From NCBI GenBank assembly GCA_902489795.1, contig CABUBU010000003.1, positions 8,484-72,483 on the forward strand: a DNA stretch of 64,000 bases, read 5' to 3'. The position numbers were made by a program, and so were the translations under genes. Under the pieces are notes generated by a model. The model ran no database searches, was not told the origin of the DNA, and worked only from the letters and a program-made list of their open reading frames with translations. Positions within the stretch are counted from its first letter, which is position 1. Every line of letters begins with the position of its first letter. The stretch is from an uncultured Azospirillum sp. GTDB lineage: Bacteria > Pseudomonadota > Alphaproteobacteria > RF32 > CAG-239. Shown piece by piece: positions 26,288 through 36,500 of this stretch.

Positions 26288-29200
26288 ATTTTATCTTGGC
26301 ATTCTGCTGGTGTCGGGGATGCTCGGCCTGAGTTCTCCGGCTCATTCCCAGTTGGTAGGCGGCGTTTCTTTTGACTTCGGCGGCGATGCCGCCGCGGCGG
26401 TTACGCCTGTTTTTGAGCAGATTCAGACGGCGGCCGACGAAGCGATCAAATACGCCAAGGAAAAGGTGACCAAATTGAAGGCAAGCATTGCTTCTTATTT
26501 CACCAAACGTAAAAATGCGGCCGAAAAAGTGCCGGGGACCAAGCAGTTTGCCGAAGGAACTTCGGTGGACATCTATGATCCGGCCGCCGTTCAGGCTGCG
26601 ATTAACGAACTGTTTCTGCAATATCCTTCTTCCGACCAGCGGGTAAACCGGTTTTACGAGAAAGAAGCGGCCGAGTTTTATTACGATACCATGATTGAAA
26701 TCCAGACCGCGTCGAAAAAGCTGGAGGCTCAGTTGAACAGCCTGCGTACGGAAATCGATAATTTCTCGAAAGACGCGATCGCCCCTTCCGGCGGCAATGC
26801 CGGTTCAATGTCCTCTTCGGATGAAAACGGCAACTATTACAACCTCTATCTGGCGCATAAGAAGTTCAACGACGTGCTGAAGGTTACCGAAGAAGTGATG
26901 GCGCTTTATTCCCAGTATTACGTTGCCCGCGCGATTTACCGCAAAACGATCCTCCCCGCGCCGTATCAGGAAGAAAGTGCTGAAGGCGAAGGGAAAAAAT
27001 CCGCGGCCTCGCGCTATTTCAGCAGCAAAATGGCTTTTGCCCAGTTTGTCAGCGGCAGTACGGCATCGGCGGCGGCAGAGGAGGAAGAAGCCGAAGATAC
27101 GGAAACAAAGCGGAGTTCCTATACCGAAGTCAATTTTGCCGTGCCGGAAGCGCCCGAAGCCAAGTCTTTAATGGCCGGCAGCGAAAAGGAACTGGCCGAC
27201 CTCGGGGTTATTTCCGATGCGCAGAAATCGTTGAACGAGGCGCTCAAGGCGCATAATACGATCCGTCTGCTGCCTACGTACCGCAATATCTTCCGTCAGT
27301 ATGAACTGTTTAAGCAAATGCATGAAAAGGCAGCGCAGGCGGTTGCATCCTCGGATCAGTGCGTTGTTCAGTATCTCGGCCGCCGTTACGACCGGCCGGA
27401 AAAAGTCTGGTACGGAACGATGGCGGCGCCGGCCGATCCGACGGATTATGACAGCCGGACCGGGCTTTCGGGTTGGGCGGTTGCAGCCTATCAGGTCGCC
27501 AATGCCGACAAGACCGCGGGACTTGACACGGATTCTTTCGCCACTTTGGATCTGGGTATGGAAGCTGACAGCGGCGACCTTGCCAGCCTTGAGAGCGTCA
27601 GCGAAAAGGCGGCGGCGATGGATTCTGCCAGCGCGTTGGCCAATCCGAGCAAGGAAGAAGAATTTTCCGCCGCAGCCCGCGAGGTGGAACTGGTCACCTG
27701 GCAGATCGGCGCCCAGGCGGCGAAAATTCTGGCCGAAGACCAGTATTCCGACAGTCCGGTTTACGGCAAGGCAGCTCATCCTTACCCGTTGTGGCAGGAT
27801 CAGAAGAGCTTTTACAATCAGTATATCGACGGCAAATATGAAAATATGAAAACCTATATCCGCAATCTGGATCTGACTTCCGTTGCGCTGAAAATTGCCC
27901 AGCTTATCAATGACGACCGGCCCGACGGAACCGCCAAAAGCGCGGCTCAGCGCGGTTTGCAGCGGCTGGCCGGATATATATCGGAGAACGGTTCCGGCGG
28001 AAGCGCCGCGAGCGGACTGGTTAAAGAAAAGATGACGGCGGTCGCCAAAGTCGACAGTGCCCGCGAAGCGGCGCTCAAACCTTATCTTGCTTCCAAGGAA
28101 AAACTGTCGGCCGAACTGGATAAGGTTGCGGCAAAGATCAGCGAATTGAACGACCGGATCAGCCTGGTCGATTCGGAAGCCGCTTCCGGCAACGCCAAGG
28201 CTGAAAGTTCGTACAGCAACATCAGGCTGATGAACAACCGCGGCACCACCGACGATTCCGTATTGTACGAAATGGCGCGGCGCGATTTTGCCGAAGGCAG
28301 CAGGCAAATGACCGAAAACATGGCGACGGCAACACAGTTGCGGGCGGAAGTTAAAACTTATGAGGGACAGCGGGACGAACTGAACAAGAAGATTGATTCG
28401 GCAAACGAAAAAATTGCCTCGATCGAAGAGGATTATCTGAACCGCAAATCTGTCGTCGAAGCGGAATACGACGCTAAATTGGAAAGCGTTGCCGCCGGTG
28501 CGAAAGCGCCTACGCTGGCCGCGCTGGTCGACAAACTTGATATCGACGGCTTTGGCCTGAGCAACGTGATTTCCGATGCCGACAGTTTGGTTTCCGATGC
28601 CAAAGGCTATGCGGTCAAGTTGATCGACAAGGCGCGTCAGGATATGTACAACCTTGGCGACGGACTGTACGAAACCAGAAATAACGGAGTGGTTGTCAAA
28701 CGTCATAAGGAACTGATCGACGATCTGAAGAATATGCCCCGCGAGCAGTTTATCCGCTCTGCGGTTTCCGTCGTCAGCGGCGGCGCGTCTTCATCAGTTG
28801 CCTCAATGTTGTCCGGTGCGCTGACGTCGGCGATCACGGGACAGATCTGCGGCAAGGTTTCCTGTAAGGCGGCGGACAGTGAATATTTTGTCGGACTGCC
28901 GGCCAAACCGCGTGATTTTGTCGCGCCGAAGGCTCCCGAATTCGAACATTATCCTTCGCCGCGTGACATTGTTCATTTTGATGCGACGGACTATAAAAAT
29001 ATCCGCAAGACAAATGACGGAATTGTGGCCAAATCTTCGATTCTTGAATATGGCGGAGAAATCCCCGGAATCTGGCGGCAGATGTTGGCCGACGACGCCT
29101 TTGTCGAAAAAGGGCTGAATTTGAATTCGCTGCTGGAACAGGGCGGAGAAAGCAAATATCTGATGCGCGGAACGCTTTATCCCTGCCGGATCGGCAATTA

Positions 29201-30056
29201 TACGATCGACGTTGCTTCTTCCAAGGTGGATTTGGCGCAAACCAGCGGACAATATCTCGTCAGTCCCGTGGATTCCCCGAAAAGGCCGGTCTGCGGCGAC
29301 ATCTCCGTCAGGGGAACGCTTTATTACACGGTTACTGATCTGGAGCTGGACGAAAGCGTCCGCGCCGGCACCCAGAAAACGCCGGCCGTCGTTTCGCCTT
29401 CCGAACTGGGAACGCTTTTTGCCTACAGCGGCCGCAAGCTGAAGTTTAACGATGCGGCCTACAACGTCTATGAACGCATGCTGGAACTGGAAGACAAGGC
29501 AAACGGCGACAATTTCAAATACGAAGTGCGTGACAACGTATATCAGAAGTCGATGTACGCCAACAATCAGATCGGGAATTTCCTGCATTTCGTGGACAAG
29601 GAAAACAGCATTCGCAAAAACATGGACGAGCTGCAGCTGAGCATTGACGATGCCAGGGAAACGATCAGGGAAATGCTGTCCGAGATGGGATTCAAGCTTG
29701 CCGACGACTTTAATCTTGCCAACGACGAGGAATACGCTTATATTCGCAATAAGCTGATTGAATACAAGAGCAACCTGGTCGGTCTGGCGGCTTCGGATGT
29801 TTCGACCGTCAACAACGCCAACCCGGTTGTCAAAGAGCGCTACGACAAGGTGGAAAATACGCGGGCGGCGCTGGTTCAGGATCAGGAGGCGCTGGTCAAT
29901 CTGACAAATTCGACCGCTGCCGGCAGTTCTCTGAGCGAAGCGATCATCAGCGAAAAGGCCAATCAGGAAGTGATGGAAAAGTCGCAGCAGGAAGCTCTCG
30001 ACGCCATCCGCAAGGAGATCGACAACTATGAGAAGCCGCTTTGCACCGCGTATTAA
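26268..30056 (+). CDS. Large (~1,260 aa) secreted Ala/Glu-rich helical protein, unknown function
   Basis: A GGGGG RBS lies 6 nt upstream of the ATG at 26268. Alternative starts are at 26262 and 26271, and the ORF opens at 26229. The signal peptide is MMRKNSKFYLGILLVSGMLGLSSPAHSQ. No domain was recognised. Confidence 0.7.
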   Translation: MMRKNSKFYLGILLVSGMLGLSSPAHSQLVGGVSFDFGGDAAAAVTPVFEQIQTAADEAIKYAKEKVTKLKASIASYFTKRKNAAEKVPGTKQFAEGTSVDIYDPAAVQAAINELFLQYPSSDQRVNRFYEKEAAEFYYDTMIEIQTASKKLEAQLNSLRTEIDNFSKDAIAPSGGNAGSMSSSDENGNYYNLYLAHKKFNDVLKVTEEVMALYSQYYVARAIYRKTILPAPYQEESAEGEGKKSAASRYFSSKMAFAQFVSGSTASAAAEEEEAEDTETKRSSYTEVNFAVPEAPEAKSLMAGSEKELADLGVISDAQKSLNEALKAHNTIRLLPTYRNIFRQYELFKQMHEKAAQAVASSDQCVVQYLGRRYDRPEKVWYGTMAAPADPTDYDSRTGLSGWAVAAYQVANADKTAGLDTDSFATLDLGMEADSGDLASLESVSEKAAAMDSASALANPSKEEEFSAAAREVELVTWQIGAQAAKILAEDQYSDSPVYGKAAHPYPLWQDQKSFYNQYIDGKYENMKTYIRNLDLTSVALKIAQLINDDRPDGTAKSAAQRGLQRLAGYISENGSGGSAASGLVKEKMTAVAKVDSAREAALKPYLASKEKLSAELDKVAAKISELNDRISLVDSEAASGNAKAESSYSNIRLMNNRGTTDDSVLYEMARRDFAEGSRQMTENMATATQLRAEVKTYEGQRDELNKKIDSANEKIASIEEDYLNRKSVVEAEYDAKLESVAAGAKAPTLAALVDKLDIDGFGLSNVISDADSLVSDAKGYAVKLIDKARQDMYNLGDGLYETRNNGVVVKRHKELIDDLKNMPREQFIRSAVSVVSGGASSSVASMLSGALTSAITGQICGKVSCKAADSEYFVGLPAKPRDFVAPKAPEFEHYPSPRDIVHFDATDYKNIRKTNDGIVAKSSILEYGGEIPGIWRQMLADDAFVEKGLNLNSLLEQGGESKYLMRGTLYPCRIGNYTIDVASSKVDLAQTSGQYLVSPVDSPKRPVCGDISVRGTLYYTVTDLELDESVRAGTQKTPAVVSPSELGTLFAYSGRKLKFNDAAYNVYERMLELEDKANGDNFKYEVRDNVYQKSMYANNQIGNFLHFVDKENSIRKNMDELQLSIDDARETIREMLSEMGFKLADDFNLANDEEYAYIRNKLIEYKSNLVGLAASDVSTVNNANPVVKERYDKVENTRAALVQDQEALVNLTNSTAAGSSLSEAIISEKANQEVMEKSQQEALDAIRKEIDNYEKPLCTAY

Positions 30057-30068
30057 CGAAAGTAAGAG

Positions 30069-30827
30069 ATGAACAAATTCAGTAAAATTCTTGAAGGCAG
30101 CAAAATTCTGGCCATTACCGACAAAAACGGCAGGGAATATCGTTTTGTCGGCGACAGGGAACGGGAAAAGGTCAGTGCCAAGATGATGTATTATCTGTGG
30201 CTTTCCCGTTTCTTTATCGTCACTTCCGCCGCTTCGCTGCTTTTGTTTCTGTCCGCGTCTCTTTCTTTGTTCAACCTGGCGCCGCAGGTGACGGTCGAGC
30301 CTTTTCTGATCATCGACCAGAGTTCTTCGGACGAGATCGTCCGCTATGAACCGATTGCCCACGACATGGCTTCCAAAAAAATGATGATGGAAACCTTCGT
30401 CCGCCAATATGTCATGTATCGCAACACCATCATCAACGACGAGCGCGAAATGATGGTGCGCTGGTATGCCGGCGGCATTCTGAATTATCTTTCCGCGCCG
30501 CAGGTATTTGACGAATTTGCCAAATATCGGGAAGGTATCTGGAAAGACATCACCGACAACCAGACCAGCCAGGAAGTGGAAATCATTTCGATCGGCCGCG
30601 TGGGCGGCGAAAAAAGCCCGGTCTGGAAGGTGGATTTCAAAACTTACGAAGTTTCCGCCCGCCGCCGCAATACGGAAACCGGCGCGTTGTTTCTCCGGGT
30701 TCACTACTGGACCGCTTCGGTCACTTCCTATTTCATTCCCGAACGCGCCTTTATGGGCCGTCGTCTGCTTAATCCTCTCGGTTTTACGGTTACCAGATAT
30801 TCGCAAAGCGAAGTCGAATTCTTGTAA
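30069..30827 (+). CDS. virB8: VirB8-family protein (paralog a)
   Basis: It has an N-terminal TM helix followed by an NTF2-like periplasmic domain ending in the family-typical RLLNPLGFTVTRYSQSE. Confidence 0.85.
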   Translation: MNKFSKILEGSKILAITDKNGREYRFVGDREREKVSAKMMYYLWLSRFFIVTSAASLLLFLSASLSLFNLAPQVTVEPFLIIDQSSSDEIVRYEPIAHDMASKKMMMETFVRQYVMYRNTIINDEREMMVRWYAGGILNYLSAPQVFDEFAKYREGIWKDITDNQTSQEVEIISIGRVGGEKSPVWKVDFKTYEVSARRRNTETGALFLRVHYWTASVTSYFIPERAFMGRRLLNPLGFTVTRYSQSEVEFL

Positions 30828-30945
30828 ATTTGTTAACCATTTTGTTCTATAACGTAAGCAGATCAGAGTTTATTTAAAAAATGTTAGACTTTTGCGAAAA
30901 AAAAGTTTAATTTCAATATATCTTATCATGAACGAGGATGTTTCG

Positions 30946-31134
30946 ATGTATAAAAATGTAATGTTGGTCCTGATTCTTTTGCTGCTCTCGGCCTGCGGCC
31001 TGTTCGGCTCCTATTATGAACCGGAACCGGTCGGCATCGGCCGCGCGTCGGACGAACTGAAGCTTTCGCCCTGCGCCTGCATGCAGGTCGAGTTGCCGAA
31101 AATGCTGCCCGACTGGTTTGTTGAAACGATCTGA
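30946..31134 (+). CDS. Small lipoprotein, VirB7-like by size and position
   Basis: MYKNVMLVLILLLLSAC has a lipobox. The protein is 62 aa, with a GAGGAT RBS, and sits between the two virB8 genes and upstream of virB9. Confidence 0.55.
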   Translation: MYKNVMLVLILLLLSACGLFGSYYEPEPVGIGRASDELKLSPCACMQVELPKMLPDWFVETI

Positions 31135-31149
31135 TGGAAAGTTGCCGGT

Positions 31150-31878
31150 ATGGTACAGCAGTTGGGGGTAAACAATCAAAATCAGCGCTTGCTGGCCGGA
31201 CGCGGCCGGCGGCCGGAATCGCCGGCGTCGTCTCAGGACGCCTTTGTCGCCAACGTCGCCGAAAAACGCTATTTGTGGACGGCGCGCGCGTTTGCCATCA
31301 TTACCGCGGTCAGCCTTTGCTGCAACATCGTGCTGTTGCTGGCGATCGCACAGGTAATACCGTTGTACCGGGTGGAACCGTTTTTGCTCACTTTTCAAAA
31401 CAAGCAGGAGCAGGTTTATAACATTCAGCCGGTCAACCGCGACATGGAGGACGAAAAGGAAATTACCGAAGTGTTCGTCCGCGAATATGTGCTGCTGCGC
31501 AGTTCTTTTAATCGCGACATTCCGGAAGTGGAAGCCCGCTGGATGCCGGGCGGCATGATTGAGGAAATGTCCAGTCCCGCAGTTTACAAAGATTTTGTGG
31601 AAAATACGGCCAACCGCGCCCTGGAACTGATCCGCACCCGGCAGATGATCCGCGATGTGCGGATTATGACGGTTAACGAGCTGGGGGCGGGGATCTGGCA
31701 GGTGGAATATGAAACGCGCGACATGTATCCGGATTCCAAAGCACCGGAGATCAATTACTGGACGGCCAGCCTGAAAGTCGGCTACCGCAGCAAGAGAGTG
31801 AAATTCAAGGGAAGATTGAAAAACCCGGTCGGCTTTACGGTGTACCAATACTCGCTGACTTACAACAAAGTAAAATAA
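31150..31878 (+). CDS. virB8: VirB8-family protein (paralog b)
   Basis: It has a TM helix (FAIITAVSLCCNIVLLLAIAQVI) and a periplasmic domain colinear with paralog a (VEPFLLTFQ..., FVREYVLLR..., ending RLKNPVGFTVYQYSLTYNK). Confidence 0.85.
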   Translation: MVQQLGVNNQNQRLLAGRGRRPESPASSQDAFVANVAEKRYLWTARAFAIITAVSLCCNIVLLLAIAQVIPLYRVEPFLLTFQNKQEQVYNIQPVNRDMEDEKEITEVFVREYVLLRSSFNRDIPEVEARWMPGGMIEEMSSPAVYKDFVENTANRALELIRTRQMIRDVRIMTVNELGAGIWQVEYETRDMYPDSKAPEINYWTASLKVGYRSKRVKFKGRLKNPVGFTVYQYSLTYNKVK

Positions 31879-31892
31879 GGTGGATAAAGATA

Positions 31893-33521
31893 ATGTTATC
31901 AAAGTCTGTAAAAATAAGTGTATTAAGTTTGTTTGCCGTCGCGTTTGCCGCGGAAGCCTTCGCTCAGGCCACGATTAACAGCATGGATCAGAATGCGGAC
32001 CAGTCGCAGGGACAGTACCAGCCGATGGACATGGGCTATGCCGGCTTCAATTCTCTCGGCATGATGCAGAGCGCCTGGCTTGATCCGTTGCAGAACCTCG
32101 GCGAAGGGCAGAGCAAACCGGCTTATTCGAAATATTACTGGTCGCCGGATCTGGTTTTGCCGCTGCGTCTGCGTGAAGGCATGATTACTTTGTTGAACTT
32201 TCCTGAATGGGAAATGATTGAGGACATTTACATCGGTGACAACGCGACTTTTGACGGACAGATTTCGGGGCCGAACACCTTGTTGCTTTATCCCCGCAAA
32301 GGCGCCAACGTCGGCGTTGATACCAACATTATCGTTTTCGGCCGTTCGGGCAATCGTTATGTGTTTTATGTCCGTAGCGAGGGCGTCAATACCGAGCGTC
32401 TGACCAACGCGATCGTTGACATCGACGTGATCGACGGCGCCGGCGGGGCGGGGACGCTCGGTTCCGGCGGTTCGTCTTCCGGCCGCGTCAATGCCAGTAA
32501 ATATTACGGCAACGGCGGCAAGTCGGTAGATTCCACCTTTACCAAAAGATTTCAGAAAAACGACTGGATCAAAAGCATTCCGCTGGATCCGACACAGTTC
32601 CGTTTTGACGTTGAAGTTTACGTTCCCAACCCGGATGACGTTGTCATTGCGCCGGAACGCGTATGGCGTGACGACATTTTCACTTATATCGATCTGGGCG
32701 AAAAGGCGCTCAACATGACCCAGCGCCCGATCGTCACCCTGATTGTCGAGCGGGTTGAGGTTCCGGTCGGATTCCGCACCAAAGGGCCGAACAACCGCCT
32801 GATCATCGTCGAGGCGATCGGCGACATGGTTCTGCGCAACGGTAAGCGTATCGTCTGCCTGAAACTTCGCAGATCCGATGAGGTCGGATTGGATAATATC
32901 AGTTACGCCGACGACATTACCGACAAGGAATGGGACGTTCCGGGCGCCCTGCCGGAAGGCAAACGCGGAAAAGCCGGCTCGGCCAGCTATCCGGACGGTT
33001 TCGGCAGCAATTATGTGGAAGGACAGGTTGATGTCAACGCCGGTTCATCCGAGATGATTGTTCCCGAATACAGCGGCGGCAATAACGGCGAAGGGGTTAC
33101 CATCCGCTACAAGGCCGGCGGCGCCTTCGGTGCCGGCAACGGTCAGGGCGGCGACTTCGATTACTCCAAGATGCGCCGGATCAAAAATACGCAGGAATTT
33201 GATGCCGCGGCCAGCAATTTGGCCAGCCAGTATCGTTACGGATCGGGATTTGCCGACGGAGGCTCCAACATTTCGATTGAGCTCGGCACCGATGCCAATG
33301 TGGACAACCTGGAAAATTTATGGGACAACCTGTCCTCTAAATATTCCAAAATTTTGAAGAACTATGACCCGTTCTTCTCAGTTGACGCGCCGGCGGACGG
33401 ACAGGGCAAAGAGCTTTTCCATCTGCGCATCGGACCGGTCAAAACCTTGGACGAAGGTGACAGCGTGTGCAGCAAACTGGGCAGAAACGGCGTCTTTTGC
33501 AGCGTAGTCAGGACCCAATGA
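31893..33521 (+). CDS. virB9: VirB9/CagX-family outer-membrane core protein with a C-terminal SPOR-like domain
   Basis: It has a signal peptide. The VirB9 N-domain reads PLRLREGMITLLNFPEWEMIEDIYIGDNATF...TNIIVFGRSGNRYVFYV. The VirB9 C-domain reads IAPERVWRDDIFTYIDLGE...RLIIVEAIGDMVLRNGKRIVCLK. A Gly-rich linker follows, then ISIELGTDANVDNLENLWDNLSSKY...LFHLRIGPVKTLDEGDSVCSKLGRNGVFCSVV, which fits the SPOR pattern. Confidence 0.85.
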   Translation: MLSKSVKISVLSLFAVAFAAEAFAQATINSMDQNADQSQGQYQPMDMGYAGFNSLGMMQSAWLDPLQNLGEGQSKPAYSKYYWSPDLVLPLRLREGMITLLNFPEWEMIEDIYIGDNATFDGQISGPNTLLLYPRKGANVGVDTNIIVFGRSGNRYVFYVRSEGVNTERLTNAIVDIDVIDGAGGAGTLGSGGSSSGRVNASKYYGNGGKSVDSTFTKRFQKNDWIKSIPLDPTQFRFDVEVYVPNPDDVVIAPERVWRDDIFTYIDLGEKALNMTQRPIVTLIVERVEVPVGFRTKGPNNRLIIVEAIGDMVLRNGKRIVCLKLRRSDEVGLDNISYADDITDKEWDVPGALPEGKRGKAGSASYPDGFGSNYVEGQVDVNAGSSEMIVPEYSGGNNGEGVTIRYKAGGAFGAGNGQGGDFDYSKMRRIKNTQEFDAAASNLASQYRYGSGFADGGSNISIELGTDANVDNLENLWDNLSSKYSKILKNYDPFFSVDAPADGQGKELFHLRIGPVKTLDEGDSVCSKLGRNGVFCSVVRTQ

Positions 33522-36500
33522 GCAAAGAAGTTTTAACACACTCTGAAAGCTATATCAAAAAAACCAACCGCATAATTCTTGCGGTTGGTATTACTTCTTT
33601 CGTCGTTTTCCTTTTCGGTTTGTATCTTCTGTTTTCAAGCGACGAGCCGATTGACGAATACGAAGAACCGGTTTTCACCGACAACGATGACGCCTTAAAT
33701 GTCGTTGACAACACTCCCGTGCAGGAAAGCATAGAGTTCAGCACGGTGGGCAATACGGAAGTTCCGCTGACGGCGACCCCGAACCCGGTTCCGCTGGGGC
33801 AGGTGGTGCTCGGCACTGATGCCAAAAACGTCCTGACGCTCGGCACCAACGGCAAAACCTCGGTGATGATCATATCGGTTCAGTTGGCGGAGGCGCCCTT
33901 TGACGGTTTTGAGTTCAACGACAACTGCAGCGGCAAGCTTCTGCGCGGCAAGGAAACCTGCGACGTTACCATGAGCTGGACTCCGGTTGTGGCCGGAAAC
34001 GTTCAAAACAACTTTATCGTTTCCTGGCACGAAAGCAATGTTTCCCAAAACAGCGCCAAGGCGGAAAAAGTGCCGGTTTACGGCAATGCCGTCAATAAGG
34101 AAGACTGCAATTTCTGCGAAACCGTTCCGGGCGCGTCCGGTAGCGGAACGGCAACTGCCCCGACGGCAAAGAAAATGCAGCGGGCAATCGTCGGTCCGGG
34201 CGGCGCTGTAATCGGTTATGCCGATGAGGACGGCTATGTCTATGACGAAAACGGCAATGTCATCGGCCGGGTGAATGAAAACGGTCTGGCGGTGGACGGG
34301 GAAGGCAACATTATCGGCGTTGCCAACAACCGCAAACTGGTTTACGACGACAACAACAACGTAATCGGCTATGTCAATCCCGACGGTACGATGGTTGACG
34401 TCGACGGCAACGTTACCGGCCGCATGCTGCCCGACGGAACGGTGGTTGACAATGACGGTAACGTGGTCGGCAAAGCGGTGGATATGGGCTATGTTTATGA
34501 CGAAAACGGCAACATTATCGGCCGGGTAATGCCCGACGGCACAGTAGTCGATCTGAACGGCAACGTGATCGGCCGCGTCAACGAAAAAGGCGAAGTGGTT
34601 GATGCCGACGGCAACGTTATCGGTCATGTTACCAAGTCCGGCCAGGTGGCGGTAGACGGCGACGGCAACATCATCGGCGTGGTTATGCCCGACGGCAGCG
34701 TGGTTGACGCCAACGGCGAAGTGGTCGGCCGAGTGGACGAAAACGGCAACGTTATCGCGGACAAAAATCTGGATGCCAAGAGCGTCCGCCGTCGGCTGGC
34801 CTATGATAAAGACGGCAACGTAATGGGCTATGTCGACGAAAAGGGAAACGTCGTCGACTTTGACGGCAACACCATCGGCCGCAGCCGTCCGGACGGCACT
34901 TTGGTCAATCTTCGCGGCGAGGAAATCGGTTCGGCCGGAACGGCCGGCAACCTGCTGGCTTATGACAAAGACGGCAAGGTCATGGGGTATGTTGACGACG
35001 ACGGAAGCGTCATCGGCGCCGACGGCAAAAAAATCGGCGAACTGCTGCCCGACGGCAGTCTGGTCGACGGACAGGGCAACGTGATCGGCCGGGTTGACAA
35101 CAGCGGCCGCCGGCTGGCTTACGACAAAGACGGCAACATTATCGGCTATATTGACGAGAACGGAAACGTCGTCGATTTTGCCGGCAACGTCATCGGCAAG
35201 GTTCAGCCCGACGGCAGCATCGTCGATGCCGACGGCAATGTGATCGGCAAGGCCGGTCCGGCTTATCAACGTCTGGCTTATGACAAGGACGGAAACATTA
35301 TCGGTTATATTGACGAAAACGGCAACGTGGTCGATTTTGACGGCAACGTCATCGGCAAAATGCTGGAAGACGGCACCATCGTTGACGAAAACGGCAATAT
35401 TATCGGCCGGGCGGGAACGGTTAACCGCAAATTGGCCTATGACAAGGACGGCAACGTCATCGGCTATGTCGACGAAAACGGCAACGTGGTGGATTTCAAC
35501 GGCAACGTCATCGGCAAAATGCTGCCCGACGGCACCATTGTCGACCTGGACGGCAATCCGATCGGCGAAGTTGCCGGTTTTTCCCAGATCGTGCTCGACA
35601 AGTTCGGCAAAATCAGCGGCTATGTCGGCAAAAACGGCGAAGTTTACGACAAGGACGGCAACATTGTCGGTTATGTCGACGAGAACGGCAATGTGGTCAA
35701 CAGCACGCAGACGATCCTCGGGCGTCTGATTCAGGAACAGATGATTCCGGTTACCCCGCAGGGGGAAATTCTCGGCAAGGTCAACTCAAACGGAACGGTT
35801 GAAAACGACCGCAAACAAATCGTCGGCCGCATTCTCTCCAACGGACTGGTGAAAAACCCCTCCGGCTCCAAAATCGTCGCCCGGCTTGTTCGCGGCGGGT
35901 TGGTTGTCGGTCTGGGCTGCAAAAACATCGGTTATCTGGAAAAAGACGGCGTCATCCGCAAGTCTAACGAAGATACCGGATACAAGGTCAACGCCGACGG
36001 CGTGGTGGTGGACGAAAGCGGCGCCTACGTCGGCGAAGTGGTCACCCCCGGTCCGGTGTTTGACAATACCTGCACCATGATCGGCGAGGTGGATACCGAC
36101 GGCATTGTCCGCGACGGCGGCGGTTCCTATGTCGGCTGCGTTAATCCGGACGGTACCGTTTTGGACGAGAAGGGCGAGATCGTGGGCGGCGTTTCCCGTT
36201 CGGGCATAGCGCTTTCTTATGACGGCAATTTCCTGGGAACGGTCAACTCCAACGGACTGGTATTTTCTCCGCAGGGAGAAGCGGTCGGCTGCGTTGGCAC
36301 CTACGGCGACGTGTTTGACAAGAAAGGCGGCTATGTCGGTCGTGTGCTCGAAAATACCTATGCGTATGATCTGGAAGGAAATTTTCTCAATATGGTCAAC
36401 GAAAGCGGGCGGGTTTCGATCAAAGGCCAGTCGGCGGGAAAATTATTGGCTCACAATGTTCTGGTTGACGAAAACAATAAAATCATCGGCGTGGCAATGC

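Noticed and set aside
33695-35269. 524-aa antisense ORF inside the repeat-protein gene, and similar long antisense or out-of-frame ORFs (9556-10587, 20521-21204, 22747-23523, 24243-25046, 27168-28706, 28803-30806, 30913-31902, 38779-39405, 40735-41514, 49354-50091, 58088-58831, 60572-61672, 62333-63055)
   Set aside because: They lie wholly inside better-supported genes with recognisable domains. They lack RBS and start context and have Arg/Gly/Val/Phe-skewed compositions typical of antisense frames.
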